Below, piece after piece: positions 1 to 14,098 of a DNA stretch of 64,000 bases (position 1 is its first letter; every line of letters begins with the position of its first letter). The stretch lies in contig NC_068983.1 of assembly GCF_001194135.2 (NCBI RefSeq), forward strand, positions 94,694,560-94,758,559. Reading direction: 5' to 3'. Position numbers and translations under genes: made by a program. This DNA comes from Octopus bimaculoides. Taxonomy: Eukaryota. A model generated the notes under the pieces. It did no database searches. It was not told where the DNA came from and saw only the letters and a list, made by a program, of their open reading frames with translations.

Positions 1-402
1 AGTGCACTGAGGAGAATAATTCTAACTTGATTTTAAGAAGCAGCTTGTGGTTAGAGTAAAGGTGTCTCCTACACACTAAAAGATGGTGATGGCTTATCAA
101 AGTAAGTTGGACAATATGGTAGCCTGTCCCCAAAGTTAATTGTAAGAGAAAATTAGAATCTTTTGTGCTATTATGATATTTAATGGCTGATAATAGGAGT
201 TAACCATGAACAGTTGAAAGAGGCCAGAGAAAGTAAAGCTTGAATTGTTAAGAACATTTTAATGAACTACAACAAAGAGTTCAATGATTATATATAATCG
301 CTTTTCAGAGAAATTGGTCATCTGAGCATGACTTTTTAAAGCAATCTAGATTTCAGCCAAAACAAGGCTCTTTTCTAGATTTTCAAGGAAATTTCTGTTT
401 AA

Positions 403-447
<45 letters not shown>

Positions 448-806
448 NNNNNNNNNNNNNNNNNNNNNNNNNNNNNNNNNNNNNNNNNNNNNNNNNNNNN
501 NNNNNNNNNNNNNNNNNNNNNNNNNNNNNNNNNNNNNNNNNNNNNNNNNNNNNNNNNNNNNNNNNNNNNNNNNNNNNNNNNNNNNNNNNNNNNNNNNNNN
601 NNNNNNNNNNNNNNNNNNNNNNNNNNNNNNNNNNNNNNNNNNNNNNNNNNNNNNNNNNNNNNNNNNNNNNNNNNNNNNNNNNNNNNNNNNNNNNNNNNNN
701 NNNNNNNNNNNNNNNNNNNNNNNNNNNNNNNNNNNNNNNNNNNNNNNNNNNNNNNNNNNNNNNNNNNNNNNNNNNNNNNNNNNNNNNNNNNNNNNNNNNN
801 NNNNNN

Positions 807-1618
807 GCTTCTTTTGGCTGTCTCCACACGTATACTCAGCCGGTGGTTGGAAATAAAGCAAAGGATGACTTGTCCGAGAAAATAACATCCTTCCACTGCT
901 CTAGGGACCAATTCTGTAGGCTTTTGCTCCACACTAAACGCTTTGCAATGTTTGTTTTTAAAAGTAGTGGTTCTTTGATTGCAGCCCTCCTGTGAAATCC
1001 AGCTTTGTGCACCTCCCATTGAAAAGTTTTTGTGTAACTGGGTTCTTGAGGTGGTCATTAAGCTCTGCAGTAAGTTTGGGAGCTGNNNNNNNNNNTGAGG
1101 TGGTCATTAAGCTCTGCAGTAAGTTTGGGAGCTGTACTTTTGTGAGCCTTTCTAACAATTCACGTGAGAGTCCAACGGTCTCTATCTGAAAGTTTTGGTT
1201 TTCTTCCGGAGTTTTGNNNNNNNNNNNNNNNNNNNNNNNNNNNNNNNNNNNNNNNNNNNNNNNNNNNNNNNNNNNNNNNNNNNNNNNNNNNNNNNNNNNN
1301 NNNNNNNNNNNNNNNNNNTGATACACCAAACATTTCGGCTGTTTTCGTTATGCTAGCACCTGCCATACAAACACCAACAATTTGACCTCTTTGAAAGTCC
1401 AATAGATCTTTCATTTTAATGAATTTCAATTACCTTTTTCTGATATCTTAAAAGAAACAGCAATTTTAGCAAAACATATTAAGCAACACTNNNNNNNNNN
1501 NNNNNNNNNNNNNNNNNNNNNNNNNNNNNNNNNNNNNNNNNNNNNNNNNNNNNNNNNNNNNNNNNNNNNNATTATGATGCTATGATGCTAGGTGTTTCCA
1601 TTATTTTGTCCAACCCCA
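807..1618 (-). mobile_element. Tc1-family transposon remnant, truncated by a gap
   Basis: Frameshifted minus-strand pieces MKDLLDFQRGQIVG..AGASITKTAEMFGVS / NSGRKPKLSDRDR..LT.IVRK.HKSTAPKLTAELNDHLKNPV / VWRQPKE. TIR-like end (rc ggggttggacaaaataatggaaacac) at ~1592-1617. Confidence 0.85.
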
Positions 1619-1653
1619 ATATATCTATATATATATATATGAGAGCGAGAGAG

Positions 1654-2098
1654 ATGGTGTGGTAAGAAGCTTGCTTCCCAACCACAAGGTTCCGGGTCCA
1701 GTCTCATTGCATAGCACCTTTGAGCAAGTATCTTCTACTATAGCTCTGGCTGACCAAAGCCTTGTGAGTGAATTTGGTAGATAGAAACTGAAAGAAGNNN
1801 NNNNNNNGAGTGAATTTGGTAGATAGAAACTGAAAGAAGCCCATCATATATATATATTTATGTGTGTGTGTGTTTCTGTTTGCCCTCCTCCACTATCACT
1901 TGATAACCAATGTCGGTGTGTTTATGTCCCTGTAACTTAGCAGTTTGGCAAAAGAGACCAATACAAGTAGTACTGAGCTTACAAAGAATAAGTCCTAGGG
2001 TCGATTTCTTCGACTAAAACCCTTTAAGGCAGTGCTCCAGCATGGCTGCNNNNNNNNNNGCTGCAGTCAAATGACTGAAACAAGTAAAAGAATAAAAG
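1654..2098 (+). mobile_element. tRNA-derived SINE family A (CORE-like centre, internal TA/TG microsatellite)
   Basis: gtgtggtaagaagcttgcttcccaaccac.. A/B-box head, gcaagtatcttctactatagc core, and gcagtcaaatgactgaaacaagtaaaaga tail. Confidence 0.8.
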
Positions 2099-3252
2099 TA
2101 TATATATATCTTTCATATGATGGGTCCAAGGACTGCATTGTGCTCCTATGTCTGCTTTGTCTTGGTCTCTATGACTGGATACCACTTTGCAGTGTGTACT
2201 GGGTGCTTTTCTCATGTCACCAGCACTAGTGAGGGGCCATGCAGCTTTCAAGCCTACGAAACCCATGGGGTGGGGCTTTACGCTAGCAGATGAGGGTTAA
2301 GGTATAAAAGAAGGGTTTGGGACAGAGCAAGTTCTTGTAGGAGAACTACATTGCTACTTGCATTTAGAAGAGAGTTAGAAATGAAATCACATAGTAGCTG
2401 ATCAAGCATACAATTATGAATAATGGCAGTGTTTTTGATAGGTTTAGATTTTTGTTCCCTTTCAGAATACTTGAAAATTTAAATCTTTCTATTGCTGGAT
2501 CATTAAATATAGATCTTTTTTAATTTGTTAAAAAGGACACTTTTTCAGGTGACCAATTTCTCTGAAATGTACAGGAATGAATAGCTTCAAATAGCTAGTA
2601 TAATTTTTGAATATTATGATTATTCAATAATTGTCCCATCCATTTTGAAAGAGTTAGTATAATTATTGAATATTGTATTATAATTATTGAATTGTTGAAA
2701 TACTCTTTTTCATGAGAAATACAATGAAGTTGTTTCATGTGACTGAAATTACAATGTACCTTATTGTATCCTTAGTTTTAAAAAGTATGAATCGTATCGC
2801 TATTAGGCTGAATTTTTTCCATTGTTTGTTTTCATAAACATGACATTTGTATTATATGAATAAAACTAGTTTTATTAGTATCAATGAATTCTGTTGTGTA
2901 TTATAGTTTTTATATTCAATTTTAAGTGCAGCCTGCTCTTTTTAGTATAATAATCTACTAATATTTTCATCTTGTATGTGGGAATGGTGTATTTTTGCAC
3001 ACTTACAAAATACACACTCTTATATACTTGAGTGTGGAATCACCTATGTTTGATGCTTCAAGTAGCAACAGTGAAGCTTTGGCTTCAGCTCAATGGGGAC
3101 TTCTATATGCTTGTTCCACCTGCTATAAATAGCAGCCAAAGTCCCTTCAAATGACACTCAACCCATCTTAAAAAAATGGAAGGCTATGTTTGACAATGTA
3201 CTCATAGATACACTTCATTGATCATTGTTCTAATTCATCATGGTTGACTTAG

Positions 3253-3530
3253 CCCTTTAGCATTCATATTACTCTATTAAATGTAATGCTTATTTATTCA
3301 TTCTATTTTGAATTAATCATGCGTTATCTTGTAGCACTGAGATTTCAATGATGCAATTGTTTATTTTTAGAATGACATTGTAGGGTANNNNNNNNNNGAT
3401 TTCAATGATGCAATTGTTTATTTTTAGAATGACATTGTAGGGTAAGTTTGAGAGGCTGAATCTGGTCAGTGTGAGCATAAAACTGGTAAAATATTTGAGC
3501 CAGATATGGCAAGTTTAAATGCTTAAAAAG
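3253..3530. mobile_element. piggyBac-like MITE
   Basis: Same family as 35039-35249: ccctttagcattc... to ...aaatgct..aag|ttaa. Confidence 0.65.
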
Positions 3531-4020
3531 TTAAGGCTAGATGACCACAAACCAACTCTTNNNNNNNNNNAGTTTAAATGCTTAAAAAGTTAAGGCTAGA
3601 TGACCACAAACCAACTCTTTCTTTTGTCTACACCAGTTATGGTGAATCTATGACACACATCAGCAGTGGCACGTGGACTTTCTCAGCAATATAATGCTAT
3701 AAAAAGCTCATTAAATTTGACTATAAAATTTGAAAATGGTGTGGCTTTGTGGTGAGACATTTGCTTTCCTACCACATGGTTCTAGGTTCAGTCCCACTAC
3801 ATGGCATCTTGGATGAGCATCATCTACTGCAGCCCTTGGCCAACCAAAGGTTTGCGAATGGATTTAGTAGACAGAAACTGAAAGAAGCCCATCATAAATG
3901 TATTTATCTATATGTGTGTGTTTTTGTGTTAGTCCCCTGCCACTGTTTGACAACTGGTGTTGGTTTGGTTACATTGCTATAACTTAATCTTTCAATACTT
4001 TTATGTCAAACCACTAAATA

Positions 4021-4232
4021 TTCTTTAGCATTCAGATTACTCTGTCAAATATAAGGCTTATTTATTCACATTNNNNNNNNNNNNNNNNNNNNNNNNNNNT
4101 AGCTTCAAGATTTCAATAATGTGATTATTTATTTTTACAATAAGGTAGGTGAGAGAGCCTGAATTTGGCCAGTTTGAACATAAAATAGGTAGAATATTTT
4201 GGTCAGATAAAGCTTGTTTAAATGCTAAAGGG
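4021..4232. mobile_element. piggyBac-like MITE
   Basis: ctttagcattcagattac ... aatgctaaaggg|ttaa. Confidence 0.65.
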
Positions 4233-5177
4233 TTAAAAAAGTAAATACTGGGGTCAGTTCATTTAACTAAAGCCTTTCTAGTCAGTGCCCCAGTATGGTC
4301 ACAGTCCAATGAATGAAATCAGAAAACGATAAGATAAAAGTTTCCAGAATTTGTATTTTACAGTGATATCTAATGATGCAGCATTTTATATTACACTCTG
4401 TAAATTAAATTAAATTACAGATTAATGAATTAGCAACTCATCATTGGTCACTCAAGCAAGCTGACACAATAACACCAGTATTTAACTTTTTTCTCCCCTG
4501 CAGTTCTTTCACTCTTGTTTGCTAGACCACTTTAATGGCAACAGCTAATAAAATAAAAATTGAATTATTATAGCAAAGATGTAGACAAAATTTTTGAGTT
4601 AGGCGGACTGACCAATATAGCAATGTTGATAAATGTGATGAAGTTTTTTTGTATATTGCATGAGGAGCTAGTTGTGAGTAGAACTTGAAATATAAAATGA
4701 CATTTGACACTAAGTGCCAGTTGCTCCTGGAGGAAAAAGTATTTGAAGACTGCAAAAAATATATATTCCGACAACTAAAGTGGAAACACCCCCAATCAAA
4801 GATTTTGCACAAACATCACAAAAACATATATACAATACCTTACCTTCTCTACTCATGAAAAGCAATTAAAATGCTCAAACTATATAAACATTAAGTCTTT
4901 AGGATGACATCACATGTTTAGTATTTATTAGACTATGTTAATTTGTTTGCTTTCCAAAGCTAGAAAATACTGTAGTTGATGGCATGTGAAGCCCACAAGC
5001 ATATAAGATTCCTCCATCTCTATACCACACAGAAATGCATGCAATTTCAGCCTGAAATATTAAATGTTTTTTTGGTTTTTTTAAATATGTAGCTACATTC
5101 CTGCTGAAAAACTTGGACAAAACATACAACTAGGATATCAGAAATTTTTTTTTTAATAATACTACTGTAATTTCATA

Positions 5178-5215
<38 letters not shown>

Positions 5216-5225
5216 NNNNNNNNNN

Positions 5226-5264
<39 letters not shown>

Positions 5265-8119
5265 TAGTATAGATTTTAGCCAACACTATATAATAGACAG
5301 ATGTAAACACTTTATATAAATACCTTCAAGTACAGTAAAAGAAGGATCAAGTAGACTAATTTCAACCTCACTTTGAAATTTCAGTGGTGACTGAATACCT
5401 TCTTCAATTGTTCACTGAGATACTATTTATAAACCCCATTATTACTAAGGGCTTAAANNNNNNNNNNTGTTCACTGAGATACTATTTATAAACCCCATTA
5501 TTACTAAGGGCTTAAAAAAACTGGACTAACCAATTTCCATATATAACATATTCTTGGCAGCTAGTTCAAATAATAAATTACTGAATGCATTAATATTAAA
5601 TAGTACAGAGTATATCTGTAGATTTTAGCCCACACTATGCAATGAACAGATGTAAATATCTTGTGTTTACTTGCTGTATTTTCATGGATAGAAAAAGAGG
5701 GATCAGTTGGGGTAGTTCTAATCCTTTGTTGAGATTTCATTAGCAACTGCATACTTTTATTAGCTGTCCATGGAGATAGTGCTTATAAATCTACTTACTA
5801 AGGGCAAAGCTTTACTGGATGAACTAATTTACAAGAGAAAACATGCAGCTTAGCTATAACTGAACACATTTTATAACAGGCTATAATAAATCAAGACGAG
5901 TCGTTTAAGGTGAAAATATCATACATGAATGCAATAATAAAATAAAAACAACTTAGCTAGAGTAGAAAAAAATATTTTATACAAAATACCAGTATAGTTG
6001 AACATGGACACAAAAATCTAACATGAATGACAGGCATTTAAAGTGTAAATATCATGCCATGCATAAATACATTTGTAAAATATCACAAAAGAAAACAATA
6101 CCAGCTTAGCAATATTAGAAAGTATTTTATTTCAATAATCCTCTGGCATTTTCTGTGCAATGGTCTTTTTGTATGTATCAATAAGCCCTATCTCTTCATG
6201 AACAGGAACTCCAACCTGTTCTTAAATTAAAAACTTCTGAATTCTTTGTCCTCTTACTTTCCTGGCTTGATCGTTTTGATGGAAAAGTATTTTCCGGTAT
6301 GTCTCTCATTTATCACCCAATTATTTTAACTCAAATTCTCTAAGTGTTGTCTTTAGTGTCTCCGTTATTTTATTTTTTCTGTAGCAAAACATCATGTTGC
6401 CATTCTACTACCATGATCCTCAGCATAGAAAACGGTATAGTTTAAGTACTTTCTTCTCGCCACCATAATCAGGAGTGTAAAATCTTTCACTGCTATCACT
6501 GTGTGTTTGTATTTATGTTGTAAGACTAAATGTACCAAGAAGTTCATACAAGTAGTAAACACCAAATATATGAAATAGTAATAGATAATGAGTATCATGA
6601 TTTTATATCCACTTTCGGTACAATTATTTAGTTACTACCTTCCTAGATAGGTCAGAGGACAATGTCTTACTTAGAGTATTCCATTTTTGGCATAATTTCT
6701 GTGGCTAGATGCCCTTCTAACACAAACTACTATACAGAGTACTCCAGATACATTTGATCATGGTAGCAGTACTTGTGTCTTCAGACAGATTAAAGGATAG
6801 TCTCTGCTTGTTTTCTAATTACTTTAGAGTGATATTGAGTGCATTTTATCTTGACATCAACACTAATGAGGTTGCCTTCTCACTCACATGAGTAAAGAGT
6901 CATTACTTCTATAATGTCTCTACTCAGTCAAGGTTATGTGACCAGGAAGTAGGGAACAAGAGTCAGATGAGGAAACAGTGGTAGAAATAGTTCAGTGCTG
7001 TAACAAGAGTATAATGGGAGAAATGTCATGACAGGGGAGAAGTTCAGTGGGGTGAGAGTTAGAGGGTTGATGAAAGAGATGAGGAGGTATCTGAGAATGT
7101 ATTAGTGATAAAAAGAAGAGGTTACCAAAGAGCAGACAGGCTTAACAAGAGTATATTAGCAATATGCTATAATGTAGGTATATGCCTCCACCTTCATTAT
7201 CTATATTTTTCTAATTATGGAAACTTACCACAAGCCAGAAATTTTTATAATTCTTTTTACTTAAAAAAAAAAAATACTTTGCCAGCTGATTAGACTTGAC
7301 ATTAACTATGCTTCACTGTCAAACTCCAGTAATACAGAAATATGTCTGCAGTTCCTTTTACCTTGCTAACGAATATCAGTTTTTTTNNNNNNNNNNNNNN
7401 NNNNNNNNNGGGGTTCTCCTAAGCATGTAAATTATTTTGTGAAATTTACTGTTATTTGACATTATCTCCACTTAGAGTCTCCCTAATAATTGTCGTTTGA
7501 CTTTTGTGTCCTTTCTTGAAAAGGTGAAACTTCAATCAGTTAAGAATTGCATCATCCCTTAATGTATCTAAATTCATGCTATTGATTTAGTTATTTTCCT
7601 TAGCAATTAAAGAAATCTTTTTAAATTATAATTATCAATACTTACCAAATAATAAAACATCTTTTCTTTCAACACAAAGAAACTTATCCTAAAGGCAATC
7701 AAACTCTTAACCTCAGACATTTGTTTCTCGAACCTATACCAACTTACACAACCTTTTTCATTCTAAATGCTAGCAACTCTGTCCTTATCCTAACCATTAA
7801 CTCATTGCTTCACCTCAGGATACATCTCACTTGATTTGAAATGTTAGACATGATTTCTTTATAATATTTTGGATTTCTGTTCCTCTTTGGTAACTAATGC
7901 TACAAGTTTAAAGAGATGACTTTTCATTTTATCTTCAAAATACATAGAACCAAGATCACTTTATATCGTAAATATAAACCAGCTCTGTTGTCTATAAAAT
8001 ACTTTAATTCATGCATAACCACTTTCTCTCTGAAGCAGCTGTGCTTAAAGAGATTTATGTATTATATTTCTTTTTGTTTTTTCTTCCTAGGAAGTGAAGA
8101 AATGATCTATAATTTTTAG

Positions 8120-8485
8120 GTGTAAGTGTGGCTGTGTTGTAAGAAGTTTGCTTCGAAGCCACATGGTCCCAAGTCCAGTTTCATTGTGTGGCCCCCTTGG
8201 GCAAGTGTCTTCTACTATAGCCTCAGGCCTTGTGAGTGGATTTGNNNNNNNNNNNNNNNNNNNAGCCCATCGTGTATGTGTGTGTGTGTATCTGTGTTGG
8301 TTCCCCATCACCACTTAACAGCCAGTGTGTTTACATCCCTGCAACTTAGCAGTTTGGCAAAAGAGGCTGATGGAATGAGTACTAAGCTTTAAAAAAAAAC
8401 GTACTGGGGTTAATTTGTTCAGCTAAAAATTCTTTGAGATGGTGTCCCAACATGGCCACAGTCTAATGACTGAAACAAATAATAA
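8120..8485 (+). mobile_element. SINE family A
   Basis: Same head, core and tail as 1654-2098. Confidence 0.75.
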
Positions 8486-9194
8486 AAAAAAAAGAGGTTT
8501 TTTGACCTTGTGTCTTATAATTGGATGTCCTTTCTAAAGACAACCACTCAACTGTAATATTGGAAGCTGAATCTATTTTAATCTCCTCCTCCTCCTCCTC
8601 CTCCCCCTCTTCCTTCTTTTTTTTAAAATTCTGCAATGCTGGTAACATTTGGCTCATACTCTGAAATAAACATTCAATATTTTTTTCTATTTATATCTGG
8701 TACTGTTTTGGATAAATATATGATTTGCTCTATAGACTTACTAGTAGATTTTTAGTCTGATAAATATATATCATGTTGGTAATCAAGTTAATCTCTACAA
8801 AGAATAATTTGTCTCTTCCCTCCTCTACTCCACTTCCTCTGCATTTGGCTTCCATCTTTATTTAATTCACTGCTTCAACATCTTTATCAGACAAATTACA
8901 GTAGAATGTCAGGCTTGCTTGTAATAAAAATATAGTGGCATGCAGAGCCAAATAGCTAGCTTTTCTTGTGCAGTCGAGGCAATCAATAGAATTAATTAGA
9001 TTAGATGAAATTAATCCTTCTGATTAGAAAGCTCAATAGTTACAGTTGAGGATATTCAAGTCATTCTTATTTTTACATTGTAAATCCTTCAGCATTATAC
9101 ACCTACACTCATTGCATTCTTCCTCTACAATAGCATTAGTTTCTTTATACAATTCAAGTTTCAAATGGCTTAACAACAACAATAATAATTATAA

Positions 9195-9905
9195 TTCTTC
9201 TAAAGCACAAGGTTTGGAATTTTGGGAGAAGGGTACTAGTTGATTACATCAACCCAGTGTTCAACTAGTACTTATTTTATTGACTCTGAAAGGATGGATG
9301 AAAGGCTAAGTTGATGTCAGCAGAATTAGAACTCAGAACATAAAGTCAAGAAATGCCTCTAAGCATTTTGTCCGGCATGCTAATGATTCAACTAGCTCAT
9401 CTTAATGATTATAATAATAATAATAATAATTCTATCTACTGTAGGTATACTGCTGAAATTTGGCAAGAGGTCAATTGCATCAACCCCATTGCTCTACCTT
9501 GAAAGAATAAAAGGCAAAGTCAACCTCAGCAGAATTCAAACTTAGAATGTAAAGCTGAAAAAATGCTATTAAGCATATTGCCTGGTGTGCTAACAATTCT
9601 GCCAGCTTACTGCCTTAATAATGATAATAATAATAGTAATAGTAATAATAATAANNNNNNNNNNCTTACTGCCTTAATAATGATAATAATAATAGTAATA
9701 GTAATAATAATAATGGTTTCAGATTTTTAGCACCTTAGCGATTTTAGAGAAGGAGTAAGTCGAATTCATCAACCCCAGTGCTGAGCTGTTACTTATTTTA
9801 TCAACTCCAAGGGGATGAAAGACAAAGTCGACCTTGACAAAATTTGACTAGAACTTATTGTGGAGTGAATGATTAAAGTTGATTTTAGTCGCATTTGAAC
9901 TCAGA
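9195..9905 (-). mobile_element. Three head-to-tail copies of tRNA-derived SINE family B separated by (AAT)n
   Basis: Reverse complement of gagctggcagaatcgttagca...ttctgagttcaaattc.gc...caaaattt, repeated three times. Confidence 0.75.
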
Positions 9906-9925
9906 ATATAAAGAGCTAATATTAG

Positions 9926-10145
9926 GGTGCAGTAGTAGCTGTGTGGTAAGTAGCTTGCTTACCAATCACATGGTTCCGGGTTNNNNNNNNNNNNNNNNNN
10001 NNNNNNNNNNNNNNNNNNNNNNNNNNNNNNNNNNNNNNNNNNNNNNNNNNNNNNNNNNNNNNNNNNNNNNNNNNNNNNNNNNNNNNNNNNNNNNNNNNNN
10101 NNNNNNNNNNNNNNNNNNNNNNNNNNNNNNNNNNNNNNNNNNNNN

Positions 10146-10182
<37 letters not shown>

Positions 10183-10363
10183 TATGTATGTGTTTGTCCC
10201 CCCGATGGTGGTGTGTATACATTCCCGTATCTTAGCAGTTCAGCAAAAGAGACCGATAGAATAAGTACTAGGCTNNNNNNNNNNNNNNNNNNNNNNNNNN
10301 NTGCTTGACTAAAGGTGGTGCTCCAGCATGGCTGTAGTCAAATGACTAAAACAAGTAAAAGAG
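9926..10363 (+). mobile_element. SINE family A
   Basis: Same head and tail; the middle lies in a gap. Confidence 0.75.
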
Positions 10364-10609
10364 CTAAAATAAATGCTACAATACAAGGAATTTTTTCCAA
10401 TGTTTTGATGTTTCTACAAGCTCAATAAATATATTGGGTCATCCCACAAATAATGCATATTTTTTTATACTTCTATTTTTCAAAATTAAGATAAACAAAG
10501 TTCTTTTTTNNNNNNNNNNNNNNNNNNNNNNNNNNNNNNNNNNNNNNNNNNNNNNNNNNNNNNNNNNNNNNNNNNNNNNNNNNNNNNNNNNNNNNNNNNN
10601 NNNNNNNNN

Positions 10610-10653
<44 letters not shown>

Positions 10654-10664
10654 CTGTTTCTGAT

Positions 10665-11100
10665 TTAGACACTAGGCCAGAAGTTTTTGACAGGAGAGGA
10701 GCAGTTTTATTATATCTACCTTGGTACTTGACTGGTACTTTATTTTATCAATTTTGAAAAGATGGAAGGTAAAGTTGAACATGGCAAAATTTGAACTCAG
10801 AACATAAAGACAGATGAAATGTCACTAAATATTTTTCCTGGTACACTAACAATTCTGCCAGCTCACTGCCTTAATAATATTAGTAATATTGGTTTCAAAT
10901 TTTGGCACAAGGTCAGCAATTTCAAGGAGGAGTTAAGTTAACATCAACCTCAGTGCTCAACTGGTACATATTTTATTGACCCCCCAAAAGGATGAAAGAC
11001 AAAGTCGACCTTGGCAGAATTTGAACTCAGTATGTAAAGAAAGACAAAATGCTACTAAGCATTTTACCCAGCATACTAATGATTCTGCCAGCTCACTGCC
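10665..11100 (-). mobile_element. Two tandem SINE family B copies
   Basis: Same consensus; further minus copies at ~21065-21260, 21760-22017 and 55640-55718. Confidence 0.75.
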
Positions 11101-13623
11101 TTAATAATGATAATAATAATAATCATTATATTGACTTACTAAGTTTGTATATTTTTCTTATTTGCACATGGGGTTTTTAGAAATCATATGCATCAAAGAA
11201 ATATATCAACTGAGGTTTANNNNNNNNNNGGGTTTTTAGAAATCATATGCATCAAAGAAATATATCAACTGAGGTTTAAAATTGTTAAACATTCATACAT
11301 TAATCAGGTGCAGGCATGACTATGATTAAGAAGTTTATGTATCTTTTTATAGCCCAGGACTGATAAATGCTTTAGGAGTGAAATTCATAAATGGAATCAG
11401 TGCAGAAGCTCATTGTATGTCATTAGGTGTGTATGTATGAATAAGGGTATATACATGTATGTATGTCTTTACACAGACATCCTTTAAAAACGCATTGCCT
11501 ATGTTTATGTCCCTAACTTAGCAATGTGACAAGTGATTTGTAAAGTAATAAGTACTGGAGTCTGTATTATCTACTAAAACCCTTTAGAGGTGGTAATGTG
11601 TCATGATCACAGTCCGATACTTAAAGCAAATAAGTGTTCAATCTTTCTGGAGACCACAAGGATTGGTGGCCTGTAACTTTAGTTTCTAAAACTTTTACTA
11701 GATGAGACAAATCTCTTTTGATACAATTGTTAGGGTTTTTTTTTTNNNNNNNNNNACTAGATGAGACAAATCTCTTTTGATACAATTGTTAGGGTTTTTT
11801 TTTTTTAATACCAGAATACCCCATATCTATTCTCATCATTATTAGTCTGTTATCTTGCCCACCTGATCCTCCTTTGTATCCTTAATATAAAGTTTACTAT
11901 TAATAAAAGAATTTAAACATTCATTTTTCTATGTTTGCATAAATTGAAAGGTTTAACCCTTTCGTGTTCAAATTTTTCTGTCAAATGTAATGCTTATGTA
12001 TTTGCATTATCTCGTAGCTTCAAGTTTCCAATATGATTATTTTTAGAATGTCATTGTAGGATAGGTGTAATGCTTTGCTTTGTTGGTGACTGTCCTTTAA
12101 TTTTTTTTTTTTTAACACTGACCAGTCAACTCTCAAAAACTGGAAATNNNNNNNNNNNNNNNNNNNNNNNAATTTTTTTTTTTTTAACACTGACCAGTCA
12201 ACTCTCAAAAACTGGAAATTGTTTTGTATCAAATCAAGCAAACTAACAGGAGTGAGATTGTGTGCTTTGTTCAGGTACACAACACAATGATTGTAGTGAA
12301 ATTTGCACTTATGAACACATGGTTAGTCATCTTGCCACTAAGCCTGACAACCCCTATCAAGAATGAGTTTCTGTGGTTACTTGGTCTGCTAACCTAGCAA
12401 CCAAATCTTCCTCATGATACACTCTGTCTTTAAGGTGAGCTAAGATGTGTTCCTACTTGATCAGGGTTGATCTAAGATTAAGCAATGACTAGCTATTCCT
12501 GATACTATATGACACACACACACACACACACANNNNNNNNNNCACACACACACACACACACACCTTCAAATATTAGGGAACTTTACTTACTAGAAGTAGT
12601 GGCCAAACCCACTTGAAATCCAATCTTAACCTTAAAAAAAGAATAACCATAGATGTGTTTGATCAGGCTTGCCTGTAGAGTTAGCATTATAATTTTTGCT
12701 TGCTTTAATTTGCAGCTTTATATGTTTATATTTTCAAACTAAATTGTTACTTGTGAAAAATGATCAAATTATTAACTTTATCATCTGTGTATTTATTTAA
12801 CCTTCATTTCATACTAAAGACAAGGACATTTTTTCACTTATCTTTTCCCTTAGGCTTGGATTAAACCCTAATATTTCCTTCACAACTCAAGTATTTTAGT
12901 GTTTATTGAAATACTTATTCAATGATATAAGTATTTCAACACTTAAACTTGAANNNNNNNNNNATTGAAATACTTATTCAATGATATAAGTATTTCAACA
13001 CTTAAACTTGAAAGTATTTCAATACTTATGTGATGGTATTTATACCATTAAAATAAATATGCTGTAAAATATCTTATTTTAATATTGAAAGAAATATTTC
13101 TTCCAATTATGTAAATGGGAGAAACGTATATATTGAACATAATTCATATATGCATGTTCAAGATTGTACAGTGGTTGGTTTTGAAGAATAGAATTGGTTT
13201 GAGAATACATAAGTCATAGATATTATGTATATGAAAGCAATAATTGAGTTAATGTTATTAACGTTTTAATACTCCTTGCATAAAATGTGAGCTAGAAATT
13301 ATATGAAGAAAGTCATCAGATGATGACTAATGATATTTGGATTATTTCGATAGGAATTGCAGATAACTCTGGATACACTGGTATGAAACAGAAAGTAGAA
13401 TTGTTCAGAGAAGAAATAACTCAGATGACATTCACTTGAAAACAATTGGTTTAATGTAATGCAGATACCATTAAAAACCAAACAGATAAAAAAAAAAATC
13501 TTAAAAAGCAATGTATAGAATTGGCTTGAGGAAACATGAAAATCTGCTGTTGCCTATAATATAGCATTTTTGTGTCGTGACGGTCATATCAGCAATGTTA
13601 TTATTTATTATATCTAAGTAAGA

Positions 13624-13848
13624 CAGCGAGCTAGCAGAATCAGTAGCACTTAACGGCATTTCAAATTAGTTCAAATTCTGCCACGGTTGACTTTGCCTGT
13701 CTTCCTTCCAGAGTCGATGAAGTAAGTACCAGTTGCGCACTGGAGTTGACATAATCAACTTACCCTCTCCTTGAAATTGCTGGCCTTGTACCAAAATTTG
13801 AAATCAATGTTTATATATATATATATATATATATATATNNNNNNNNNN

Positions 13849-13884
<36 letters not shown>

Positions 13885-14098
13885 TGTTGAGCTGGCAGAA
13901 TCATTAGTACACCAGGTAAAATGCTTAGTGGCGTTTCAGCTGTCTTTACATTCTGATTTCAAATTCTGCTGAAATCAGCTTTGCCTTTCAACATTTTGGG
14001 GTCAATCAAATCAGAACCAGTTGAACACTAGGGTCAATGTAATTGACTTATCCCCTCTCTCGAAATTGCTGGCCTTGTGCCAAAATTTTAAATCAATA
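13624..14098 (+). mobile_element. Two tandem SINE family B copies in + orientation
   Basis: gcgagctagcagaatcagtagcac... and gagctggcagaatcattagtac..., separated by (TA)n. Confidence 0.75.

Noticed and set aside
346-1058. Long ORFs made of X and IYIY runs (also at ~9.9-10.7, 39.5, 41.1-42.6 kb)
   Set aside because: They are produced by N gaps and (TA)n microsatellites, not by coding sequence.
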